From assembly GCA_038128265.1 (NCBI GenBank), contig JAYPJE010000003.1:56704-120703 (forward strand): a stretch of DNA of 64,000 bases. Direction: 5' to 3'. Source of the DNA: Gemmatimonadota bacterium. Lineage in GTDB: Bacteria > Latescibacterota > UBA2968 > UBA8231. Numbering within the stretch: the stretch's first letter is position 1; every line of letters begins with the position of its first letter. The notes under the pieces were generated by a model that was not told where the DNA came from, ran no database searches, and was given only the letters and a program-made list of their open reading frames with translations. This document shows positions 48,140-55,850 of the stretch, piece by piece. A program made the translations under genes and the position numbers.

Positions 48140-49177
48140 ATGGCACACGTTCCCTCTATGACCAGCAAAGAGCGCGTACTCGCCGCTCTCAATCGCCAGC
48201 CCGTCGACCGCACGCCGCTGTGCAATCCGACTTCGGTAGCTACCGTCGAGCTAATGGACCTCGTCGATGCCCCTTTCCCCGAAGCCAATCGCCAACCCGA
48301 GCTCATGGCGCGCCTAGCTGCCACCGGCTACACCGAACTCGGCTTTGACACCATCATGCCCGTGTTCTCCATCATTCAGGAATCTTCCGCGCTGGGCTGT
48401 AAGATCCAGTGGGAGCAAAAGGACAACTGGCCGACGGTGCGGATGAACGAACCGATTTGGCAAACGCCCGATGATATTAACGTCCCAACCGATTTGTGCA
48501 CCCATCCCGATACCCGATGCGTCACCGACGCCATTGCCATATTGCGCAAAGAATACGGGGATGAGGTGGCCGTCATCGGCAAGACCATGGGGCCCTGGTC
48601 ACTGGGCTACCACTGCTTTGGCGTCGAACCCTTTTTGCTGATGTCGCTCGACGATCCGGGCAAGACCAAGCTCTGCTTGGATCGCATGAAGGAGATAACG
48701 GTCGAATACGGTCTGGCGCAGATCGAGGCCGGCGCCGATGCGCTGACGCTGCCCGACCATGCCACCGGCGATCTGGTCAGCGGCGAATACTACGAGCGCT
48801 ATTTACGCGACCTACACATTGAGATGGCCGAGCGCCTCCCTGTGCCAATTATTCTCCACATCTGCGGCCGCACCGTCGATCGCATGGAGTACATCGCCCA
48901 AACCGGCATGGCGGCTTTCCACTTCGACTCGAAGAATACGCCGATGGAATCGATGGACATCGTCTCAGATCGCATTGCCTTGGTCGGCAATATCAACAAT
49001 CCCGAAACGCTCTTTTCCAAAGGGCCCGACGTCGTGCGCGAAGAAGTATACCGCAACCTGGAAGCGGGCGTGCAACTCGTCGGGCCGGAGTGCGCCATAC
49101 CGCTGCAGACTTCGATTGAAAACCTAAAGGAAATACCCCGCGCCGTGCGCGATTGGCACGCCGGCATCGACCGCTAG
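48140..49177 (+). CDS. MtaA/CmuA-type (uroporphyrinogen-decarboxylase-fold) corrinoid methyltransferase
   Basis: 345 aa. N-terminal SKERVLAALNRQPVDRTP, and the Zn-ligand pattern H-x-C...C seen as ILHICGRT and GPECAIP, as in MtaA/MtbA/MtsA. Confidence 0.85.
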   Translation: MAHVPSMTSKERVLAALNRQPVDRTPLCNPTSVATVELMDLVDAPFPEANRQPELMARLAATGYTELGFDTIMPVFSIIQESSALGCKIQWEQKDNWPTVRMNEPIWQTPDDINVPTDLCTHPDTRCVTDAIAILRKEYGDEVAVIGKTMGPWSLGYHCFGVEPFLLMSLDDPGKTKLCLDRMKEITVEYGLAQIEAGADALTLPDHATGDLVSGEYYERYLRDLHIEMAERLPVPIILHICGRTVDRMEYIAQTGMAAFHFDSKNTPMESMDIVSDRIALVGNINNPETLFSKGPDVVREEVYRNLEAGVQLVGPECAIPLQTSIENLKEIPRAVRDWHAGIDR

Positions 49178-49187
49178 GAGAGAAAGC

Positions 49188-49931
49188 ATGGCAGAAATCG
49201 GCGATATTGCCAACGAGTTTATACGCGAAGAAATCGATGAATTCCTCGAGCGCGACGACGAGCGCACGCGCAATATAGAGCACTTTGCGCGCGCAAAGCC
49301 GCTGATGCAGGACATTGCCGCCGCCCTCATCGACGGCGCGCACGAAGAGGTCGACGAACTGACGCAGCAGGCGCTGGGCGAGGGCATTGAAGCGCTCGAG
49401 GTCATGGACGATGGCCTCATTGCCGGCATGGGCATCGTCGGCATTAAATTCCGCGAAAACTTTATCTTTGTTCCCGAGGTGCTGGCTTGCGCGCGCGCCA
49501 TGAAGGCCGGCATGGCCCATATCGAACCCATTCTCTCCGATTCGGGTATCGAACCCATTGGCACGGTCGTCATGGGCACGGTTAAGGGCGATCTGCACGA
49601 TATTGGAAAAAATCTCTGCATCATGATGCTGCGCGGCGCCGGCTTTGTCGTGCACGACCTCGGCGTCGACACCTCGGAAGACGAGTTTATCTCCGCTATA
49701 GAAGAGCACGGCGCCACGCTACTGGGCATGTCCGCACTGCTGACGACTACGATGCCCAATATGGGCAAGACGATTGAAGCCTTTATCGACGAAGACCTGC
49801 GCGACGATATCAAAATCATGGTCGGCGGCGCGCCTGTCACACCGGAATTTGCCGAAGATATGGGCGCTGACGGCTACGGCAAAGACGCCCTGGCCTGCGT
49901 CGAGTTGGCCAAGCAGCTGCTAAGCGAATAA
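49188..49931 (+). CDS. Corrinoid (cobalamin-binding) protein, MtaC/MetH-B12-domain-like
   Basis: 247 aa. Helical cap domain followed by a Rossmann domain with DxHxxG (GDLHDIGKN), SxL (SALLTTT) and GG (GGAPV). Confidence 0.9.
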   Translation: MAEIGDIANEFIREEIDEFLERDDERTRNIEHFARAKPLMQDIAAALIDGAHEEVDELTQQALGEGIEALEVMDDGLIAGMGIVGIKFRENFIFVPEVLACARAMKAGMAHIEPILSDSGIEPIGTVVMGTVKGDLHDIGKNLCIMMLRGAGFVVHDLGVDTSEDEFISAIEEHGATLLGMSALLTTTMPNMGKTIEAFIDEDLRDDIKIMVGGAPVTPEFAEDMGADGYGKDALACVELAKQLLSE

Positions 49932-49955
49932 CTCGCGACGGACAACGGCCACGCT

Positions 49956-51848
49956 ATGGCTCCCATAGACCCCAGCGAATACCAAAAGCGCCTCGACAAA
50001 CTGTCTTCTCTGCTGGGCGGTATCGTCCGCCACGCCGATGTGCAGTCTCAGAGTCGCTGTCCCTACAAGAACCGCCACGGCGAGTGCACCGCCCAGTTTG
50101 GCTGCCGCAACCAGCGCAAAAACGAGCAGGCAGGTGGGCCGCTGCTGTGCGTGGGCGACGATCAATTGGACTACCGCAGCGCGTGGGAAGGCATCGAACG
50201 CCCGGCTCAGCGCCCGGCCCAAGACGGCAGGGGTCGCATAACCAGCGGTGCGCATTCCTGTGTCGCGCAGAGCCGCCGCACGCTTTTTGATGCGGCCGAT
50301 CAGCTCGACGTAGCCGTGCCCACATCGTGCTATCGCACGGGCAGCTGCCACGAGTGCATCGTCGAAGTCAAACGCGGTATGGAGGCGCTCAACGCGCGCA
50401 CGCGCGAAGAGCACTTTCTGCGCGAAGACTACCGCCTGGCCTGCCAGGCCGAAGTCGTTGATGCAGACATCGACATCGAGTTCGCCCCGCTCAACCGCAC
50501 TCCGCGCATACTAACCCTGTCTACGACTCAGCCCGATGAAGTCGCTCCCCTGGTGGAGCGACGGCAGGACAAAGTCTATTTCGACGGGGAGCATATCGAC
50601 GACTATCGCGGCCGCATATTGGGCATCGCCATCGATTTGGGAACGACCACCGTAGCCATGGAGCTACTCGACTTGGAAACGGGAGAGAGCGTGCAGGTGG
50701 CCTCGTTTGAAAACCCGCAGCGTTTTGGCGGCAGCGATGTGATGAACCGCATATCCTACGACGCACAGCACCCGCGCGAGCTACGGCAGGCCATCGTCAA
50801 GGCACTCAACCGCCAAATTGCTCGCTGGTGCGCGCTCTACTCTATCCACCGACACTGCATTTACGAAGTCGTCGTCGCCGGCAATTCAACCATGCGCGAC
50901 ATCCTCTTTCGCTACGACGTCCAAGGCATAGGCCAGAGGCCCTACAAGTCGCAGGTCGAATTGGAGTTCATCGATGGCCAACGCTCTCACACCGCCCTGA
51001 GCGAAAAGACGCGCCGCCTCGGCCTGCGCGCCCATCCCAAAGCGCGCGTCTACGGTTTACCGCTCATCGCAAGTCATGTTGGAGCGGATGCAGCCGCCGA
51101 CCTGTGTGCCACCCGACTCGACGCTGAAGCGGATGCCGCCCTGTTAATCGACGTCGGCACCAATACCGAAGTCGTGGCCATCTACAACGGGCGCATGGTC
51201 GCCGCCTCTTCTCCGGCTGGACCGGCATTCGAGGGCGGCACCGTCACCTACGGAATGCCCGGCTACGAAGGCGCCATCGAACGCCTGCGCTGGAACGGGA
51301 CGGCTTGGGACTACAAGACCATTGGCGATATCGCCCCCCAAGGCATCTGCGGCTCGGGCCTAGTCGATCTCCTCGCAGAGCTCCGACGCCACGATCTCAT
51401 GTCACCCAAGGGCGCCTTTGCCCAGCGGCAAAAGGAGATCACCGTAGTGGCCGACGCCGGCATCACGTTTTCGCGCCTCGACGCCTCCAACCTAGCGCAG
51501 GCCAAAGCCGCCAATTACTGCGGCCAATACATCGTGCTGCGCGCGCTTGGCCTCGCTCCAGCTCAGGTAAAAAAACTCTACCTGGCCGGCGGATTCGCCC
51601 ACTACATCGATGCTCAGGCGGCCATAGATATCGGCTTTTTGGCACCGGTTCCCGTAGAGCGGATAGAAAAAGTCGGCAACGCCTCGCTGCAGGGCGCGCG
51701 CGATGTGCTGCTCTCAAAAAACAAGCGCCGCCGCTTAGAAGAGTTGGTCCGTCGCATCGAACACATCGAGCTCGAAACGACGCCCGATTTTTTTGAGCTC
51801 TTCGTCGACGGCTGCCAGTTCAAACCCATGCCCTCCGAGCTGAACTGA
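49956..51848 (+). CDS. RACo/RamA-type reductive activator of corrinoid proteins (2Fe-2S ferredoxin + ASKHA ATPase) with an extra Cys-rich N-terminal extension
   Basis: 630 aa. Ferredoxin CYRTGSCHEC...LACQ begins near aa 90. ASKHA motif IAIDLGTTTV and a C-terminal DUF4445-like region. Aa 1-90 carry C-x9-C-x5-C-x16-C. Confidence 0.85.
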   Translation: MAPIDPSEYQKRLDKLSSLLGGIVRHADVQSQSRCPYKNRHGECTAQFGCRNQRKNEQAGGPLLCVGDDQLDYRSAWEGIERPAQRPAQDGRGRITSGAHSCVAQSRRTLFDAADQLDVAVPTSCYRTGSCHECIVEVKRGMEALNARTREEHFLREDYRLACQAEVVDADIDIEFAPLNRTPRILTLSTTQPDEVAPLVERRQDKVYFDGEHIDDYRGRILGIAIDLGTTTVAMELLDLETGESVQVASFENPQRFGGSDVMNRISYDAQHPRELRQAIVKALNRQIARWCALYSIHRHCIYEVVVAGNSTMRDILFRYDVQGIGQRPYKSQVELEFIDGQRSHTALSEKTRRLGLRAHPKARVYGLPLIASHVGADAAADLCATRLDAEADAALLIDVGTNTEVVAIYNGRMVAASSPAGPAFEGGTVTYGMPGYEGAIERLRWNGTAWDYKTIGDIAPQGICGSGLVDLLAELRRHDLMSPKGAFAQRQKEITVVADAGITFSRLDASNLAQAKAANYCGQYIVLRALGLAPAQVKKLYLAGGFAHYIDAQAAIDIGFLAPVPVERIEKVGNASLQGARDVLLSKNKRRRLEELVRRIEHIELETTPDFFELFVDGCQFKPMPSELN

Positions 51849-51856
51849 GCACGTCT

Positions 51857-53464
51857 ATGAGCAAATCACACCCCCCTCGGCGCTACTCGGGCGCCTGGCA
51901 GAAAGAGAGCCTGCGCAACCTGCTGCGAGACGACGCAGAATTCGTGCACGTCGTCGAGCTGGTCACCTCGCGCGGCGTAATGGCAGACAAAGACGGAAGG
52001 CGCATCCTATCGCTGGCGCGCCGCCTCTGCGAACACCCGGACGTGCACGCCCTGAGCATCACCGACAACCCCGGCGGCAACGCCATGATCAGCGCCGACA
52101 CACTCGGCACCGACCTGCTCTCGCGCGGCCAAGAAGTCATCATCCATATCTCCTGCAAGGATTGGAATCGCAACGCCCTGCAGGGGCGAGCATGGCAGCT
52201 GGCCAGCGAGGGCTTTGATAACGTGCTGTGCCTTTCCGGAGACTACCCGACCAGCGGCTACCGAGGAGTCGCCAGCGGCGTATTTGACATCGACTCCATT
52301 GGCCTGCTGCAGATGTTTAGCGAACTCAACGCCGGCCTGTCCATTGCCGGCCGCAGCAAGCCGCGACGCTTGAAAAAAACCCACTTTTTACTGGGTGCGG
52401 CGACCAACAACCACAAGCGCTACGAACGCGAGGTCATGCCGCAGTATTTCAAGCTGGCACAAAAGGTGCAAAACGGCGCCGACTTTATCATCAGTCAGAT
52501 TGGTTACGACACCCGCAAGCAGGACGAACTCCTCCGCTATATGCGACTGCGGCACATCGACGTGCCGGTCATAGCCAATGTCTTCGTGCTCAGCGCTGGG
52601 GTGGCGCGCTACTTTCACGGCGGCCACATCCCCGGCGTAGAGGTTACCGATCGCCTGCTGGAACTGTGCGAGCAACAGGCCCAGTCTCCCGACAAGGGCA
52701 AGGCGTTCTTTCTGGAATTAGCCGCTCAACAGTGCGCCATTGCGCGCGGGTTGGGCTATCGGGGCGTCTATCTGGGCGGCCATCTACAATACGGCGACTA
52801 CGAAAAAATCATCGCCCTATCGCAGCGCTACGCACCCGACGATTGGCGCGACTTTGCGCGCCAGATCGACTTTTCCCATCCCGATGAGTTCTACTTTTTT
52901 GACCGCGATCCGTCGAGTGGCCTGAGCAGCGATGCAATTAATCCCGCCTACCTGGCGTCCAAGGATCACACGGCACGCAGGCGATTGCAGCGCGAAGTAT
53001 CCAGCGCCTATAAGCTCAGCCGCATTGTACACGAACACCTCTTTGCTCCGCACAGCCGCGGCTTTCAGGCCGGAAAAAAATTGGCCGCAGCACTAGAGCA
53101 CAGCCCCAATGCCCAACGCTTTCTGCACGTCGTAGAGCAGGCGACCAAAGTTCCTCTTTTCGACTGCCGCGACTGCGGCGACTGCTCGCTGCCCGACATC
53201 GCCTATTTATGTCCCGAATCACAGTGCGTAAAAAACCAGCGTAACGGGCCGTGCGGCGGAACGCGGCAAGGACTGTGTGAAGTAGGCGATAAGGAATGCA
53301 TCTGGGCGCGCGCCTACGAACGTTTGAAAGCGTATGGGCAGGAGGAACACATGCTCGAACGCCCTGCCGTCATTAAAGACGGTGCGCTGCACGGAACCAG
53401 TGCCTGGCTCAACACCTTTGCAGGTCGCGATCACCACGGACGCGACGGGGAGAACGCACCGTGA
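51857..53464 (+). CDS. metF: Methylenetetrahydrofolate reductase fused to a Cys-rich MTHFR C-terminal (MetV-like) domain
   Basis: 535 aa. MTHFR barrel (VVELVTSRG...ITDNPGG...CLSGD) and the C-terminal motif CRDCGDCSLPDIAYLCPESQCVKNQRNGPCGG. Confidence 0.82.
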   Translation: MSKSHPPRRYSGAWQKESLRNLLRDDAEFVHVVELVTSRGVMADKDGRRILSLARRLCEHPDVHALSITDNPGGNAMISADTLGTDLLSRGQEVIIHISCKDWNRNALQGRAWQLASEGFDNVLCLSGDYPTSGYRGVASGVFDIDSIGLLQMFSELNAGLSIAGRSKPRRLKKTHFLLGAATNNHKRYEREVMPQYFKLAQKVQNGADFIISQIGYDTRKQDELLRYMRLRHIDVPVIANVFVLSAGVARYFHGGHIPGVEVTDRLLELCEQQAQSPDKGKAFFLELAAQQCAIARGLGYRGVYLGGHLQYGDYEKIIALSQRYAPDDWRDFARQIDFSHPDEFYFFDRDPSSGLSSDAINPAYLASKDHTARRRLQREVSSAYKLSRIVHEHLFAPHSRGFQAGKKLAAALEHSPNAQRFLHVVEQATKVPLFDCRDCGDCSLPDIAYLCPESQCVKNQRNGPCGGTRQGLCEVGDKECIWARAYERLKAYGQEEHMLERPAVIKDGALHGTSAWLNTFAGRDHHGRDGENAP

Positions 53465-54489
53465 ATATACCCGCTATCGACAAACCCTTTATCGTCATTG
53501 GCGAAAACGTCCACACCACCCGCGTCCTTTCGCGCAAGGGCAAGCTCATTGCCTCCGATGCCGAGGGGCGAGAGGGCATTCGCTATCGCGACACGAACAA
53601 CGCACGGCGCTTTTTACCCATCCCAGAAGACGTAAAGGGGACGCGCGACTACGAAGAGGGCCGTATCAAGCACCTCAAAATAGCCGTGCGCGAAGCGATG
53701 GCGGGCAGCGCAGATGCACTCGACTACATCGCTCGGCAGGTGCAGCGCCAAGAGCAGGCCGGCGCCGACTTTCTCGACCTCAATGTCGACGAGCTATCCA
53801 TTCGCGTCGAGGAACAGCAAGAGGCCATGCGCTGGCTGGTCGGCGCCGTGCATTCCATGAGCACGCTCCCCCTCTCAATAGACTCGTCCAATAGCGAAAT
53901 ACTGCGCGCCGGCTTGGAGTGCTGTGCAGATCACGCGGAGCGGCCGCTGCTCAACTCGGCATCACTCGAGCGTTTAGACGGCCTCGATATGGCGCGCGCA
54001 TTCAATGCGCAGGTCGTCATCACAGCCTCAGGTGAATCCGGCATGCCCGATGACGTCGAAGAGCGTATGACGCATGCCATGCGCATGGTCGAAGAGGCCG
54101 ACCGACGCTCCATACCGCTATCCGACCTATTTATCGACCCACTGATCTTTCCCATCTCTGTCGATGGCCGCTATGGCCAGCACGCTTTTGGCGCCATAGC
54201 CCAGCTGCGCGCGCGACTGGGCAACGACGTGCACATAACTGGCGGCTTTTCCAACGTGTCCTTCGGCCTGCCATGCCGACAGCTCATCAACGACGTCTTC
54301 CTGATACTCGCCGTCGAAGCCGGTGCCGACAGCGCCATTATCGATCCGACGAGCAGCTCCCTGAGCGAGGTCTTTTCCATCGACCGCAGTGCGTCAACTT
54401 TCCAGCTGGCCGAAGACGTGCTGCTGGGCAGAGACGAGTACTGCGCCCGTTTTATCCGCGCCTATCGCAAGGGGGAACTGACGGCCTAA
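53461..54489 (+). CDS. Pterin-binding methyltetrahydrofolate:corrinoid methyltransferase (AcsE/MtrH/MetH pterin-domain-like)
   Basis: 342 aa. Motifs IVIGENVHTT, ...FLDLNVDE... and ...PLSIDSS.... The GTG start overlaps the metF stop (GTGA). Confidence 0.85.
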   Translation: MNIPAIDKPFIVIGENVHTTRVLSRKGKLIASDAEGREGIRYRDTNNARRFLPIPEDVKGTRDYEEGRIKHLKIAVREAMAGSADALDYIARQVQRQEQAGADFLDLNVDELSIRVEEQQEAMRWLVGAVHSMSTLPLSIDSSNSEILRAGLECCADHAERPLLNSASLERLDGLDMARAFNAQVVITASGESGMPDDVEERMTHAMRMVEEADRRSIPLSDLFIDPLIFPISVDGRYGQHAFGAIAQLRARLGNDVHITGGFSNVSFGLPCRQLINDVFLILAVEAGADSAIIDPTSSSLSEVFSIDRSASTFQLAEDVLLGRDEYCARFIRAYRKGELTA

Positions 54490-54563
54490 GCGCCGCATAC
54501 GGCAGCCCCTGCAGACTCCCGCCGCGCTGGCTTTTTCCATCCCTTTGCATAGATTATTTCTCT

Positions 54564-55562
54564 ATGATACCATTTATTGAGCGCATCGCCGAAGAGCATC
54601 CCCTGCTGTACGATGGGGGGTTTGGCTCCCAGCTATTTGCCCGCGGCATCGAGTTGACCAACAGCACACTGGCCAACGAAGCACATCCCGACGCCGTCGT
54701 AGAAATCCATCGCACCTATATCGAAGCCGGCGCCGATGCCATTGGCACCAATACGTTTGTCGCCTCGGAACTGCATTTAGAAATGGCCGGCAAAGATCCG
54801 GCTTCGGCCGGTCAACTAGCCACGCGTGCAGCTCAGCTGGCGCGCCGCGCCGTCGAGGAGAGCGGCCGCGAAGTCTATGTCGGCGGATCCATTGGCCCCT
54901 CCCCCGGCGCCATCGAATCAGATGCCGGCGACACCACCTTTGGCATTGCCGACGCCAACGTCCGCGACGCCCACGCGCGCATCGTCGACGCGCTGGTCGA
55001 AGGGGGCGTCGACTTTTTTGCCATCGAAACTCAATTTTCTGCCAAAGAGGCAGCCATAGCCTGCAATATTGCCCGTAAGGCGGGGCTGCCAATCGCCATC
55101 AACCTGACGCTCAAGTACACCAAAGATCGAAAAACAGGCGTCGTCACCTACAAGACCGACTGGGGTCACTCACCGGCAGATCTGCTTGACATCCTCGCCT
55201 CCGGAGAATTTTCTGACGGAGATAATCTGCTCGACCACGTACACCTACTCGGCCTCAACTGCGGGGCCGAAACGCGCCGCAGCGAGCACACCGGTATGGC
55301 CTATGCCATCTGCGGCAGCGAGCAGATAGGGCAGGCACTGCAGGCGCGCGGTCTGTCCAAGCGCATTATGACCTATCCCAACGCCGGCATGCCGCAGCTC
55401 GATAGCGAACACCGAACTACCTATTCGCAGACGCCGCAGGACATGGCCGCGGATATCTCCGACCTAATCGACAGCGGCGCCTATTTCATCGGTGGCTGCT
55501 GCGGCACAACGCCCGATCACATCCGCGCCTTTCGCCGGGCCATCGACGGGCATGCAGCGTAG
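54564..55562 (+). CDS. Stand-alone homocysteine S-methyltransferase (MetH Hcy-binding module)
   Basis: Start set to the ATG at 54564. Motif LLYDGGFGSQL, with Zn ligands in LGLNCGAE and GGCCGTTPDHIRAF. Confidence 0.88.
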   Translation: MIPFIERIAEEHPLLYDGGFGSQLFARGIELTNSTLANEAHPDAVVEIHRTYIEAGADAIGTNTFVASELHLEMAGKDPASAGQLATRAAQLARRAVEESGREVYVGGSIGPSPGAIESDAGDTTFGIADANVRDAHARIVDALVEGGVDFFAIETQFSAKEAAIACNIARKAGLPIAINLTLKYTKDRKTGVVTYKTDWGHSPADLLDILASGEFSDGDNLLDHVHLLGLNCGAETRRSEHTGMAYAICGSEQIGQALQARGLSKRIMTYPNAGMPQLDSEHRTTYSQTPQDMAADISDLIDSGAYFIGGCCGTTPDHIRAFRRAIDGHAA

Positions 55563-55565
55563 GCC

Positions 55566-55850
55566 ATGATCCACTATCAGGTGCTCTACTGGCGCGATAT
55601 ACCGGCGCAAATAAAAGTCTACGCCGGGCGCCGTCCCACTTCACACGCCCTAGCATCGCGCTTTCAGGTAGCCATCGACCGCATCGCCATGCACGAAGGA
55701 CTGACCGGCACCGAGGCCTATCTCGACCAGTGGCAATGGTCAGACAAACGCCCGTATGAAGGCGATGCAGAAGGGGCAGCGGCCGTCTTAATTAGCCAGT
55801 TAGAGCGCGAGGGCGATGCGCAGCTAGCCGCACGCAAAGAATCGCCGTGA
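55566..55850 (+). CDS. Small protein of the family annotated 'virulence factor', which accompanies split methionine synthase genes
   Basis: 94 aa. The N-terminus MIHYQVLYWRDIPAQIKV matches my memory of that family's YWRDIPAQ signature. Assigned from memory only. Confidence 0.55.
   Translation: MIHYQVLYWRDIPAQIKVYAGRRPTSHALASRFQVAIDRIAMHEGLTGTEAYLDQWQWSDKRPYEGDAEGAAAVLISQLEREGDAQLAARKESP

Noticed and set aside
54273-54563. 5' extension of the Hcy-methyltransferase ORF in the track (start 54273), overlapping the preceding gene by 217 nt.
   Set aside because: The extension is Arg/Pro-rich out-of-frame read-through of the pterin-binding gene. The recognisable domain begins at MIPFIERIAEEHPLLYDGGFG (ATG 54564).
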